A program made the position numbers and the translations under genes. A stretch of 64,000 nt of DNA from an uncultured virus (IMG/VR IMGVR_UViG_3300011434_000001) (Duplodnaviria; Heunggongvirae; Uroviricota; Caudoviricetes): IMG/VR virus record IMGVR_UViG_3300011434_000001. One strand, written 5' to 3'. This document shows, piece by piece, positions 27,991 through 38,288 of this stretch; the stretch's first letter is position 1, and every line of letters begins with the position of its first letter. The notes below the pieces were generated by a model that did no database searches, was not told the origin of the DNA, and saw nothing but the letters and a program-made list of their open reading frames with translations.

Positions 27991-28905
27991 ATGGCAAACG
28001 TAACGTTTGGTCCTGAATCGGGCGCGAGCCCGGCTCCCGTCTTGGAGCGAACCGAGACACACGAGACGCCCGTGCAAGGCGTTACTGTCGAATCGACGAC
28101 CTACGTGGCCCCTTCTCAACCGGCGACTCAGGCTCTTGCGGTTCGAAATAACAACACGGCGATTGCTCCGGCTGGCATGGTGCTCGGTGATAAGATTCCC
28201 GAGATGAAGGAAATCATCCTGCCCCGCCTGAACATCGTTCAGAACATCGGCGATCTGAAGGACACCTTCGCTCCCGGGTCCTTGGTCTATGATCAGAAGG
28301 TCGAGTTGTTCGTTCCGCCCGTCATTAAAGACGGCGAAGTAAAGAAAGCGGGATCGCCGCCCGTTTCGCTGATCGTGCTCGGCTTCCGCCCGACACGCTA
28401 CGTGGAAAAAGTTGAAGGTGGCGGTCGCGGCATGATCGTGGACTCCGAAGACGCTGTTCGCGCCAATGGCGGCACGCTCGACTACAACGAGTGGAAGTCG
28501 AAGAAGGCCGCTGGTATGAAACGCTTTGAATGCCTCGCTGAGGCGCTCATCGCGATTCAACGCCCGGCGCATCTCGTCGCCAAGGGCTCGAAGCCGGAAG
28601 ACCCGGACCCGGTCTTCACCTACGACATCGACGAACTCATCAAGGGCACTCCCGGCCCGCGCAAGTTCGCGCTCGGTCTGTGGGGCCTGAAGGGCACCTC
28701 CTACACCGTCGCCAAGCGCGCGTTCTTCACGGCTCGCGCGATGGGTTGCCTGAAGCGTGGCGGTTACCCCAGCTACGTTTTCGCGATCACGAGCAAGGAA
28801 GAATCGTATCCGGGCGGTAACAAGGCGTGGGTCCCGGTCTGTATTCCGACCGGCCCGACCGACGAGACCCTGCTGGAATTTGTCCGGCAAGTTCTCCATA
28901 GTTAA
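27991..28905 (+). CDS. Putative ssDNA-binding or annealing protein
   Basis: Position between the nuclease and polymerase; LPRLNIVQ motif; function inferred from context. Confidence 0.5.
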   Translation: MANVTFGPESGASPAPVLERTETHETPVQGVTVESTTYVAPSQPATQALAVRNNNTAIAPAGMVLGDKIPEMKEIILPRLNIVQNIGDLKDTFAPGSLVYDQKVELFVPPVIKDGEVKKAGSPPVSLIVLGFRPTRYVEKVEGGGRGMIVDSEDAVRANGGTLDYNEWKSKKAAGMKRFECLAEALIAIQRPAHLVAKGSKPEDPDPVFTYDIDELIKGTPGPRKFALGLWGLKGTSYTVAKRAFFTARAMGCLKRGGYPSYVFAITSKEESYPGGNKAWVPVCIPTGPTDETLLEFVRQVLHS

Positions 28906-28911
28906 TCATCT

Positions 28912-28940
28912 GAGTGGGGAGCCCGTCAGTCTCCCCACTC
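28912..28940 (+). terminator. Hairpin after the SSB-like gene
   Basis: GAGTGGGGAG...CTCCCCACTC, weak U tail. Confidence 0.5.
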
Positions 28941-28956
28941 TAACCCATTTACAAAT

Positions 28957-29187
28957 ATGCTGAAAATGATTCTCCGCCGTTTGTTCCCGCGCCGTTACAG
29001 CGACATCATCGCGCCGCTGGAACACATCGCCAACGAACTCGCTGCTCTCCAAGTCCAGAATGACGAAGACAATCGTCTCGACAATCTGGTCATCGCGAAG
29101 CTGCAAAATTCGGTGAGCGAACGCCACGCCGAAATCTCTCGTGCGTCCGCGACTCGGTCACGCGTCCTGTCACTTCTGGCCCAATAG
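28957..29187 (+). CDS. Hypothetical coiled-coil protein
   Basis: 76-aa ORF. Confidence 0.6.
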   Translation: MLKMILRRLFPRRYSDIIAPLEHIANELAALQVQNDEDNRLDNLVIAKLQNSVSERHAEISRASATRSRVLSLLAQ

Positions 29188-29195
29188 TAGGAGAC

Positions 29196-29224
29196 TTGAC
29201 AGAGTTTAAACAATCTGCTATAGT
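29196..29224 (+). promoter_or_regulatory. Sigma70 promoter with GTTTAAAC in the spacer
   Basis: TTGACA-GA-GTTTAAAC-AATCTGC-TATAGT. Confidence 0.82.
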
Positions 29225-29236
29225 GTTGCAAGCTAC

Positions 29237-29878
29237 ATGAAACAAGATAGCAAATTAAAACATACAACTCGGGAGGGATGGCTGCTTGCAGCCGTCTCTC
29301 TCATGCGTCCCTTCTTTACCGAGAAGGGTTACACCGTCCCGGAAGTCCGCGTCTCCTGCGGCTGGCCCTCTCACAAAGCTTTGAGTGCCAAAGGCCGGGT
29401 TCTTGGCCAAGCATGGTGCAAAACCGCTGCGTCCGATAAGGTCGCGCAAATTTTCATCACGCCGTGGCTCGACAAGCCGTCTGATCCCCAAGGCATCCTG
29501 CCTGTGTTGATCCACGAATTGGTTCACGCCACCGTGGGCAACGAGGAAGGGCACAACAAGGTTTTCGGCAAGTGCGCCCGCGCGATCCTGCTCGAAGGCA
29601 AGTTGACTTCAACCTACGCCAGCAAGGAATTGGTGGAGATGTGCAAAGACTGGCACGAGAAACTCGGCCCGTTTCCGCACGCCAAGTTGGACGGGAACAA
29701 GCGCCCGACCAAAAAGCAAACCACGCGCCTCGTGAAGTGCGAGTGCAAAAAGTCCGGCTACGTCTGCCGCGTTACGCGAAAGTGGATCAACGATCTCGGC
29801 GCGCCTTTATCTCCGGTGACGAAGAAGCCCATGGAGTATGAAATTCCCGAGGAACTGGAAGGTGACGACGATGAATAG
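29237..29878 (+). CDS. SprT-like zinc metallopeptidase
   Basis: LIHELVHA...GHNKVF; C-terminal CEC. Confidence 0.8.
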   Translation: MKQDSKLKHTTREGWLLAAVSLMRPFFTEKGYTVPEVRVSCGWPSHKALSAKGRVLGQAWCKTAASDKVAQIFITPWLDKPSDPQGILPVLIHELVHATVGNEEGHNKVFGKCARAILLEGKLTSTYASKELVEMCKDWHEKLGPFPHAKLDGNKRPTKKQTTRLVKCECKKSGYVCRVTRKWINDLGAPLSPVTKKPMEYEIPEELEGDDDE

Positions 29879-30251
29879 TTCTGTTCTCGACAAGCCGGTG
29901 ACCGGCGACATCATGGATGGGTTGGACCTCGCCTCTCTGCGGTTCCTGAACAAGTCCGCCATCAAGCAGCACGCGCTGAACTGCGCGCAACGGCTGCGCC
30001 CGAAGTTCACCCGAGTGGGTCAGGACTTCATCGATGAGGTGGAAGCCGATGTCGAATCATTTGTCCGGGGCCTGCGCACCGACTCAATGAAGGACGTTGC
30101 GGCATCCGGGGTCCTAGAGCCGGTGGATGACTTTCTTACCGGGGCTTTGATCGAAAAACTCAAGCCCATTATCAATCGGCAGGTTGCTCGCATCATCCAA
30201 TCGAAGGTGTGGCGGCAAACCACCGGCGTGACTCTTGGTGCAACGCGTTAG
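29871..30251 (+). CDS. Hypothetical protein
   Basis: ORF from MNSSVLDK. Confidence 0.6.
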   Translation: MNSSVLDKPVTGDIMDGLDLASLRFLNKSAIKQHALNCAQRLRPKFTRVGQDFIDEVEADVESFVRGLRTDSMKDVAASGVLEPVDDFLTGALIEKLKPIINRQVARIIQSKVWRQTTGVTLGATR

Positions 30252-30327
30252 CGTCGGCACTATACCCCGTGGCGGAGGGTAAGACGCCCGCGATGTGGTC
30301 CCCGCGTGAAGGGACCACGTAGTATCT

Positions 30328-32352
30328 ATGGACCATTTATCAATTGACTTCGAGACTTTTTTCTCGAAGAAACTGAAGTATTCGCTCACGACCATGATCG
30401 CTGAGCAGTATTGCCGCAGCCCACACTTCGATCCCTATCTCATTTCCGCCTGTGACGGCACACGATGCTGGGTAGGCAACCCACGAGAGTTTAACTGGGG
30501 CTGTCTCGCGGGCCGCGTCGTTGTCGCCCACAACATGTATTTAGAAAAAGCCGTCATGACCGAAATGGAGCGTCGGGAGTGGATTCCCAAGGGCACCATG
30601 GCGAGCATCAAAGCCTTTCATTGCACCGCGAACCTCACCGCTTTTCTTTGCAATCGTCGCGCGCTCGCGCAAGCGGTAGAATTCCTATATAAGCAGAAGC
30701 TTGCAAAAGAAGTGCGTGCTAACGCGGACGGCAAGCACTGGCCGGATGATTTCAGCCCGGAGGAACGCCAGCAGATGATTGAATACGCGCGTCCAGACGG
30801 GTTTTGGTGTTGGAAGATTTTCAATGATCATTTTCACAAGTGGCCGGAACTGGAGCGTGAAATCAGCCGCATTACCATCGACCAAGGTTTGAAGGGCGTG
30901 CAGATCAACACGGACCTGCTCGATCAATTCATCGTCCAGACGCACGAGATGAAGATGAACACCGAAAAGGTGATCCCGTGGATGGTGGAGGCCGAAGACA
31001 AGGACGACGACTCGTGGGAGGAATTCAACGCGAAGCCCACTTCCACCAAGTGCATCGCGGAGCAATGCCGCCGCAGCGGGATACCCTGCTGCCCGGTCAA
31101 GAGCGAAGACGAGGAAGCCTACGAGGAATGGGAACTCGCCTACGCACCGAAGCATCAGTGGATTTATGCCGTGTCGGCATGGCGATCCGTCAACAAGCTA
31201 TACAAAACTTTTCTGAAGGTCAAAGCGCGACTCCGCCCGGATGGCACCATGCCCTTCGCGTTGAAGTATTTCGGCGCGCACACCGGACGCTGGGCAGGCG
31301 CAGAAGGCGTCAACATGCAGAACATGCGCAAGCGCCCTGTGTTCTGCAACGAGCATGGCCTGATGGAGACTAATCCCGCGCGCGAGGAAGAAGCGATGGG
31401 CTGGAAGAAGAACACCGGCACGTGGCCCGAGTGGGTTCGTCACGCTATTGATTTTCGTCATCTGATCATTCCTCGTCCGGGGAAGAAAATGATTTCTTCG
31501 GACCTGAGTCAGATCGAGCCGCGCGTGCTCTCGTGGATTGTGGGTGATATAAAGATGCTCGCCCTAATGGCGAGTGGGATGTCTCCATATGAGGCGCACG
31601 CCCGGGCGACGATGGGTTGGAACAAACCCGGCGACTTGAAATTCGTCGCGAAGAAGGACGCCGAGGCGGCGAGTATCTACCACCTCGCCAAGGCGCGCAT
31701 CCTTGCGCTGAGTTACCAAGCTGGGTGGGAGAAATTCATTCTCATGGCGAAGGTCCTCGCGGGTCTCGACATCACGGTGGACGACCCCGAATTCGTGACT
31801 GTGCAGACCCTCACCGGCGAGAAGCAGGTCAGTGGCTATGGTTACAACAGCAAAAAGATCGTGGAGAAATATCGTGCGGATAATCCGCTCATCGCCGATA
31901 AAGAGAAGGGCATATGGGCGAGACTGGACGCGCAGTTTAAACGCTCTGTCGGTTCGGACTTCACGATGACCTTACCATCCGGGCGCGTGATGACCTACAA
32001 AGCGGTGCGTTGCGAGACTCGCATCGAACCCGACAAAGAGACCGGCCTGCCTAAAAAGAAATCGGTCTTCACCGCCGATGTGGGCGGCAGGCGCATGATC
32101 TTCTACGGTGGCAAGCTGACTGAGAACATCACCCAAGCGATAGCGCGCGACATCCTCGCGTGGCACATCGTGAACATGGATAAACGCGGGTGGTGGAACT
32201 TGTTCAATGTTCACGACGAAGCAGTCCTTGAGGTCGATCAGGACGTGACAGATGCCGATATCCACGCAGAGATGTCCAAGACACCTCCGTGGTTGGTTGG
32301 CTGCCCGGTAACGTGCGACGCGGGCGAAATTCCGCATTATTTGAAAGAATGA
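30328..32352 (+). CDS. Family A DNA polymerase with 3'-5' exonuclease
   Basis: IDFET, VAHN, HTGRWAG...NMQN, motif A DLSQIEPR, motif B KARILALSY, motif C VHDE. Confidence 0.95.
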   Translation: MDHLSIDFETFFSKKLKYSLTTMIAEQYCRSPHFDPYLISACDGTRCWVGNPREFNWGCLAGRVVVAHNMYLEKAVMTEMERREWIPKGTMASIKAFHCTANLTAFLCNRRALAQAVEFLYKQKLAKEVRANADGKHWPDDFSPEERQQMIEYARPDGFWCWKIFNDHFHKWPELEREISRITIDQGLKGVQINTDLLDQFIVQTHEMKMNTEKVIPWMVEAEDKDDDSWEEFNAKPTSTKCIAEQCRRSGIPCCPVKSEDEEAYEEWELAYAPKHQWIYAVSAWRSVNKLYKTFLKVKARLRPDGTMPFALKYFGAHTGRWAGAEGVNMQNMRKRPVFCNEHGLMETNPAREEEAMGWKKNTGTWPEWVRHAIDFRHLIIPRPGKKMISSDLSQIEPRVLSWIVGDIKMLALMASGMSPYEAHARATMGWNKPGDLKFVAKKDAEAASIYHLAKARILALSYQAGWEKFILMAKVLAGLDITVDDPEFVTVQTLTGEKQVSGYGYNSKKIVEKYRADNPLIADKEKGIWARLDAQFKRSVGSDFTMTLPSGRVMTYKAVRCETRIEPDKETGLPKKKSVFTADVGGRRMIFYGGKLTENITQAIARDILAWHIVNMDKRGWWNLFNVHDEAVLEVDQDVTDADIHAEMSKTPPWLVGCPVTCDAGEIPHYLKE

Positions 32353-32393
32353 CGTGGACAAATCTCTAAGCAACTTGCACCATATGATATCTA

Positions 32394-34601
32394 ATGTCGT
32401 TCTACGCAGTTGATAACGGCTTCGTTCTGACGCAATCGGTGGTTCCATACAACCCTTGGGAGTTCTCACCTTCTCCCGAGCAGTCCGCGCAGATCACAGC
32501 CCAAATACGCCACGACAAGGACAGTCGTCAATTGTTCTACCGGAACTTTAACACGAAATGGAATTTCTACACTCCGCTGGAGGGATGCAATCCCAACCAA
32601 CGGATTTCTAAAGAGGATAACCCGCCTCGCTTCAGTCACGGCATCGCGCTCGACTTCGACGTAAAAATTGCAATCGAGTATGTGCGTCAGCAAATAGAAC
32701 AGATGGTCATCAAGCCATCGTGGATCGAAACATCTCTCGGCGGCAAGGTCCGCCTCGTTTGGTTGTTCGAGCAGAAGCTACTGATCGACACCTGTGACTT
32801 CTACGAATATTTTCAGCGGGCTGCCGCAAAGTGGTTGAAAGCCGAACTGCTGCCCGGGCTCGACGAGGGCGCGCTCACTGAGGCGTCGCGTCTGCTATGC
32901 AACGGCGCAGTTTGGGAGAGCACCGGGGCCGGGCCGATCCCGCACGAGAAGCTTCAAGCCTTTTTCGTCAAGACGGCGGGCTCGTTCCGATTCAAATCTT
33001 CCGACACGGTCAAGATTCCGCTTGATGTGGTGGAAGCAGGGCTCAGGAAAAAATTCGACAACTTCAACTGGCCGGTCAACTTCGCGGTGGACTCGCAGGG
33101 GCCTTCGTTTTGGATTCCCGCGTCTACGTCGCCGCTGTCCGCCATTGTGAAGGAAGAAGGCATGGTCACCTTCTCCGCGCACCGGGACAAAACCTTTTAC
33201 CCATGGGGTGACGAATCTCTGCTCGGCAAGGAATTCGTCCAAGCCTACACCGAGACCTCGATCTCCAAGGCGACCTCGAACATCTATTACGACAAGAAAA
33301 ACTACTGGCAGTGGATGGATACTTATTGGGATAGCGTTCCGCCTGCCGAGATGAACAACTATCTGGAAAACGACTGCGGCTTAAGCATGACGAAAGACAA
33401 AACCGGCAAATCCACACTGCGCTCCGCGCTGTCGCACATTCACAAGAAGAACCGCGTCATTGGTGGCGCGCCGTTCTGCTATCGTCCCTCCGGGCCGATC
33501 ATCTATCAGGGCAACCGCATCATCAACACCTATCGCAATCGCGCGATCAAGCCCGCGACCGGGACGCAGAAGATGGGACCGCACGGAAATTTTCCGTTCC
33601 TCTCGGCGCACTGGGAGACGCTGCTCATCACGCCGCTCCAGATGTGGTATTACCTCGCGTGGGGCAAGCATATGTATATGTGCGCCATCGATGAGGTGGC
33701 ACGCTCCGGCACTAACGTGTTCCTGTTGGGCGAAGCGGGAAAGGGCAAGACGATGACCGGGCGCGGCATATGGGGCAAGTTGATGGGCGGATGGGTGGAC
33801 GCGTCGCGATACCTTCTGGAGAACGCGCACTTCACCTCGGAGTTTCACGAGGTGCCACTGTGGTGCTCCGACGACGATTCCTCCACTGACAACCCAGCCG
33901 CGCAAGCACGCTTCCAATCTAGCTGGAAAAAAGTTGCAGCCAATCAGGAATTCCTCTACCATAAGAAATTCGAAGTGCCCGTGACCATCGTCCATCCCGT
34001 CAGAATTCATGGCTCTTACAATCTGGATCAAAGTTCGATCCGCATCGTCGGCCCCATGGATAACTCATCGAAAGACAAGTCCAACCTGCTTCGCTGCGCG
34101 CCGGGCCTGATGAAGCTTCCGCCCCGAGAAGAACTGGAGAAGATCATCGAGAACGAGTTGCCGTATTTTGGCCGCTGGCTTTATGACGTGGAAATCCCCG
34201 ACTTTGTCGAGCGCGATGTGCGCTTCGGATACAAGTCATACCACGACGAATCCCTGCTTGACTCCGCCCACCAGAGCAGCAAGTGCGGGCCGTTCAAAGA
34301 ACTGCTTCTGGAGTATTTGGAAACCTTTTTCAAGACGGAAACCGCTGCCACCCGTTGGCGCGGGACCGCGACTGCTCTGCTACGGTGTCTCCACAGTCAC
34401 CCATTCAACGAGCAGATCATGAGGTCCATGAAGCTTGAGCAGGTCACCCGGTATCTGGAGATGATCCAGCGCGAGGGCCTTGTCAAATGCACCTCGGAGA
34501 CCAACGAAATGAAATGCCGCGTGTGGGTGTTCGAACGCTTCGGCTCTCCGGCGACTCCGCCACAAACAATTCCACCGTTAACAAACCAACCACTAACATA
34601 G
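32394..34601 (+). CDS. Primase-helicase (PrimPol-like N-terminus, SF3-like helicase)
   Basis: ALDFD, ETSLGGKVRL, Walker A GEAGKGKT. Confidence 0.8.
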   Translation: MSFYAVDNGFVLTQSVVPYNPWEFSPSPEQSAQITAQIRHDKDSRQLFYRNFNTKWNFYTPLEGCNPNQRISKEDNPPRFSHGIALDFDVKIAIEYVRQQIEQMVIKPSWIETSLGGKVRLVWLFEQKLLIDTCDFYEYFQRAAAKWLKAELLPGLDEGALTEASRLLCNGAVWESTGAGPIPHEKLQAFFVKTAGSFRFKSSDTVKIPLDVVEAGLRKKFDNFNWPVNFAVDSQGPSFWIPASTSPLSAIVKEEGMVTFSAHRDKTFYPWGDESLLGKEFVQAYTETSISKATSNIYYDKKNYWQWMDTYWDSVPPAEMNNYLENDCGLSMTKDKTGKSTLRSALSHIHKKNRVIGGAPFCYRPSGPIIYQGNRIINTYRNRAIKPATGTQKMGPHGNFPFLSAHWETLLITPLQMWYYLAWGKHMYMCAIDEVARSGTNVFLLGEAGKGKTMTGRGIWGKLMGGWVDASRYLLENAHFTSEFHEVPLWCSDDDSSTDNPAAQARFQSSWKKVAANQEFLYHKKFEVPVTIVHPVRIHGSYNLDQSSIRIVGPMDNSSKDKSNLLRCAPGLMKLPPREELEKIIENELPYFGRWLYDVEIPDFVERDVRFGYKSYHDESLLDSAHQSSKCGPFKELLLEYLETFFKTETAATRWRGTATALLRCLHSHPFNEQIMRSMKLEQVTRYLEMIQREGLVKCTSETNEMKCRVWVFERFGSPATPPQTIPPLTNQPLT

Positions 34602-34603
34602 AA

Positions 34604-35374
34604 ATGCAACTTAGTTATAACAACTTAACGTTTACAAAACTGGCCCCGTATAGCTTCCCCACAGCGAACGAATCCCTGCTTCGCGGTTTGCCGAAAAAGC
34701 AACTCTCTGTCCAGCAGGAAGATGAACTCGCGGGCCGGATTCAAGCTGAGAAGCAGCAGGAAGGCACGGACCTGACCTCGATCAACGAATTGGCCATCTA
34801 CAACATGCGCGAGGCGTTCGCCTACACCATGGCGTGCTCCCGTGGTCATGGATTCGACCCGGGCACGATCTTCAGCATGTGCTGGAAGGCGCTGTGCTAC
34901 GCAGCGACCAATTTTCAGCCGGGCCGCATCCGGTTTCTCGCGTTCGCCAAGCCGTATCTTCGCAGCGAACTTTACAAGACTCATGATGAGTTGAAGGTGG
35001 TCCGTCACGCGGAATGTCAAACGCTGTCGCCCGATGTTATCCTGCAAAACGAATGTGCTGATGACCACAACGAGGCTGCCTGCCAGACGCGCGACTCGGA
35101 CACGTATCTCGAAGCCAAGGCGGATATCGTTGAGTCGGACATGGAAGGGATTATGTCCCGCGACGAGTGGAACGCCATGGTGCCGATCCTCCAAAGCCGC
35201 CTCAGTGAAAAAGAGCGCATGGTTCTGGAACTCAAATACCAGAGCGGATTCAATTTTCGCCAGATTGGCGACCTGCTGCGCGTTTCCCGGTCTGATACTC
35301 AGGCCACCCACACCCGGGCGATAAATAAAGTCCGTGGCGCTTTGAAGGGCAAGCGCGCACTGTTTAGTAGATGA
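34604..35374 (+). CDS. Phage sigma70-family factor
   Basis: Region 2-like ALCYAATNFQPGRIRFLAFAKPYLR; region 4 LSEKERMVLELKY...NFRQIGDLLRVSRS...HTRAINKVR. Confidence 0.85.
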   Translation: MQLSYNNLTFTKLAPYSFPTANESLLRGLPKKQLSVQQEDELAGRIQAEKQQEGTDLTSINELAIYNMREAFAYTMACSRGHGFDPGTIFSMCWKALCYAATNFQPGRIRFLAFAKPYLRSELYKTHDELKVVRHAECQTLSPDVILQNECADDHNEAACQTRDSDTYLEAKADIVESDMEGIMSRDEWNAMVPILQSRLSEKERMVLELKYQSGFNFRQIGDLLRVSRSDTQATHTRAINKVRGALKGKRALFSR

Positions 35375-35913
35375 AGATTCTCGCGCTGGACCTCGCCACA
35401 AACTGCGGTTACGCGTTTAATGATGGTGCAGGCTACCAGTGCGGCACTTGGCTACTGGCCACCGACAAAGAATTGAAAGCTGCCCGCGCCCAACGCATGA
35501 ATCGCCGTCTCGACCCCCGCGTGACCAAGCTTTTCACCCTCGTGGAAGGTCTCCAGCAACTCCACGGATTCAACGTCATCTCTTTTGAGGATGTGGAATT
35601 CGCCAGCTACACTTTGCAGGTCCAGCTTTGGTCCTCACTCCGGGCAGCGATGTGGACGGGAGCGTTTAAACACGGTCCTACTTTCGACGCCGTTCCTGTC
35701 GCCACGCTCAAAAAGTTTGCGACTGGAAATTACAAGGCGACCAAAGAGCAGATGGTGCGCGCCCTGATCAAAGAGGACCCGCACTTCACAAAGAACGAAG
35801 ACCCGACGTGCGCTTACTGGCACCCGGATAGTCATACCAGCATTCGAATTGACGACAACGCAGTGGACGCAATCTGGCTCTGGAAACGGGCCGCACAACT
35901 TTTCATACGATGA
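35371..35913 (+). CDS. RuvC-like Holliday junction resolvase
   Basis: ILALDLATNCGYA, FEDV, LKKFATGNYKATKEQMV, DNAVDA. Confidence 0.85.
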   Translation: MKILALDLATNCGYAFNDGAGYQCGTWLLATDKELKAARAQRMNRRLDPRVTKLFTLVEGLQQLHGFNVISFEDVEFASYTLQVQLWSSLRAAMWTGAFKHGPTFDAVPVATLKKFATGNYKATKEQMVRALIKEDPHFTKNEDPTCAYWHPDSHTSIRIDDNAVDAIWLWKRAAQLFIR

Positions 35914-36638
35914 ACAAAGTCATTCCAATCCAGAGTCGTGACCAAGTGACGCAGACGCAAGTCGGCACCGTGCTCAGCGCAATTGTAACCGTGCTCCCAT
36001 TGCTGAATCGGCATGAGGCGTTCAATAATCAGATGGACGAAGGCACCGTCGCGGTTGTCGAGGGAACCCTGATCAACGCGTGTGACCGGCTCAACAAAAT
36101 TCTGAACGATGACTCGCGCTGGGGCATCGAAGGGCAGTGTCGTCTGGAAAATCATCTCGCGAATTTCTACCACGAGCACACGAAAACACTTAAGCTTCAG
36201 CAGCAACAGATTTACGAACTCGCCAAACCGCATACCCGGCACAATCCGCAACTCGGGCGGTTGAATGATGGCACGTGGATCGCATTCCTCGGCGATATCG
36301 ATGATATCAACAATGCCATCGTCGGCGTGGGCGGATGCCCCGCACAGGCGCTTGAGGCGTTTGACGAGATGTTCAATGGACGTGTGCCCTCGCACTTGCA
36401 GGCTTGGATCGCAGTGCGCGAAGAAGCTTTACAAAACGGCTTACAGCCACCCACGAAAGACCAATATGACAAATCGCAAAACTTGGACGGAGCAGGAACT
36501 CACGGAACTGAAGAAATTGAAAACGGCGGGCCTAACGGCTCGCCAGATCGCGGAGAAGCTGGGCCGGACCACGAAAGCGGTGGAGATCAAGCTGGACCAC
36601 CTCCCGCTGGACCAAAAGGTCCAGTTGTCCCTAGCTGA
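35910..36638 (+). CDS. Hypothetical protein
   Basis: Coupled ORF; its C-terminus overlaps the next gene. Confidence 0.65.
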   Translation: MNKVIPIQSRDQVTQTQVGTVLSAIVTVLPLLNRHEAFNNQMDEGTVAVVEGTLINACDRLNKILNDDSRWGIEGQCRLENHLANFYHEHTKTLKLQQQQIYELAKPHTRHNPQLGRLNDGTWIAFLGDIDDINNAIVGVGGCPAQALEAFDEMFNGRVPSHLQAWIAVREEALQNGLQPPTKDQYDKSQNLDGAGTHGTEEIENGGPNGSPDRGEAGPDHESGGDQAGPPPAGPKGPVVPS

Positions 36639-37749
36639 CGCTCTAGCTGACGCTCCAGTCCCTTCGGACGCGCCCGCCCGGGCAGAGTTCTGGCGCAAAC
36701 GGGCTGCCGAATTGGGGCGAGCCCTCGAAAAAGCGCAGGAGTCCCAAACCGCCGTGGAGATGCTCTGCGAGCACGTGCTGGACATGGCACCGCGTTCTTA
36801 TAACCCCGCCCCGGCTATCGTCAAAGACTGCGCGCTGAAGACTCCACATTCATCTCCCCAATCTGCTGTGCTGGCATTTTCTGATACGCACATTGGCGCG
36901 GTCGTGAAGCCCGACCAGACCCTCGGGATGGGGAACTACAACTTCGAAATTTTTCTCCGCCGTCTGCAACGGTTGGAGAGATCGGTGGGCTCGATCCTGA
37001 AGGATCACACCACCACGCAAATCTCTGAACTCGTCGTTCCGATTCTCGGCGATATGCTGGATGGCGCTTTGTCACATAGCGCGGAGTCGGGCCAGCCCAA
37101 CACGATCCTGACTCAGTTCTACGCGGGCGGTCACGCCATCGCGCAGTTCCTTCGCAGCTTGTCGGTGTTCGCGCCCTTGCGTTTATATGGTTGCGTTGGT
37201 AATCACACCCGCTGGCAGAATCAACACCGCATGCCCTCGAAAAATCGCAACAGCAATTACGACATGCTGCTCTATATGTTTGTCGAGGCGCTCACCCGGG
37301 ACATCCCCCGCATCAAGTGGACTCTGGACTGGCAGCCGTTCGCAGTGTTCGATGTGCAAGGCTACACCTTCTACTGCGGCCACGGCGATAACCTCCGAGG
37401 CGGCGACAAGGCGCTCGGCATCCCATCGCACTCCATGGGTCGCATGGTGAGCACCACCTCACAGCTTTTCACGCGCAATGGCAAGTCGGCCCCGGATTAT
37501 TACCTCGTTGGCCACCTCCATCGCCCCATCTCGATCCCGCACTCACGCGGCGAGGTGATTGTCAATGGCGCGTTCCCCGGGATCGACGGTTACGCATTGG
37601 GTGAGTATTTCAATGCCTCGCATCCTTGCCAGAAGTTCTGGCTGATGCATCCGAAATTTGGCCGCTCCGCAACGTATGATCTGCGGCTGGATCGTGGCGA
37701 TGAGACACCTCATTCTTACACCCTCCCCGAGGGATTCGAGTGTCAGTAA
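36466..37749 (+). CDS. Calcineurin-like metallophosphoesterase with N-terminal HTH
   Basis: WTEQE...ARQIAEKLGRT; SDTHIG, LGDMLDG, GNH, HGD, GHLH. Confidence 0.88.
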   Translation: MTNRKTWTEQELTELKKLKTAGLTARQIAEKLGRTTKAVEIKLDHLPLDQKVQLSLADALADAPVPSDAPARAEFWRKRAAELGRALEKAQESQTAVEMLCEHVLDMAPRSYNPAPAIVKDCALKTPHSSPQSAVLAFSDTHIGAVVKPDQTLGMGNYNFEIFLRRLQRLERSVGSILKDHTTTQISELVVPILGDMLDGALSHSAESGQPNTILTQFYAGGHAIAQFLRSLSVFAPLRLYGCVGNHTRWQNQHRMPSKNRNSNYDMLLYMFVEALTRDIPRIKWTLDWQPFAVFDVQGYTFYCGHGDNLRGGDKALGIPSHSMGRMVSTTSQLFTRNGKSAPDYYLVGHLHRPISIPHSRGEVIVNGAFPGIDGYALGEYFNASHPCQKFWLMHPKFGRSATYDLRLDRGDETPHSYTLPEGFECQ

Positions 37750-37955
37750 CTTGTTCTGGATGCGGTTGGGAAATCGACCCCGAAAATTGTCACTGCGGGG
37801 AAGCGATGGACCGGCATCACTGTGGAAGCGGGCATAGTCCAGTGCCAATGGGTTGCACCTGTGGTTACGCAGACGCGCCGAAAAGGGATCGGCGTTTTTC
37901 CTTTTATAACAAAAAATCGGCGGCAAGGACCTTCTCGATCTCTGCCGCCAACTGC

Positions 37956-38201
37956 TTAGTGGCGAATGATGATTATGGCGGGCGGACTGCACTCGCCGGT
38001 CGGACCCACCGCCACGACTTTGATGTCCATGTCCCGCTTTGGTAGAATCACTCGGGGAGTAGTTACGCGTTGGAACAAGGTTCCATCGACGAAAACGTCC
38101 CAAGCAACGGCCCCGGGGTCCGGCTTCCAAGTCATAGTCCGGGTCTGAGGTCTCGCCACACATCCCGTCATTAACAACATGATCAGTATTAGTTTTTTCA
38201 T
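37956..38201 (-). CDS. Small lipoprotein with FN3-like strands
   Basis: MKKLILIMLLMTGC lipobox; TWKPDPGAVAWDVFVDG. Confidence 0.65.
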   Translation of the reverse strand: MKKLILIMLLMTGCVARPQTRTMTWKPDPGAVAWDVFVDGTLFQRVTTPRVILPKRDMDIKVVAVGPTGECSPPAIIIIRH

Positions 38202-38288
38202 ATTAGGTGGTGGCAGACAATTTCAAACCCGGTCTGCCAGCGGTTCCGCGCCTTGCCAGACAATCCTTTGTGGCAGCGCGGTGAACTA

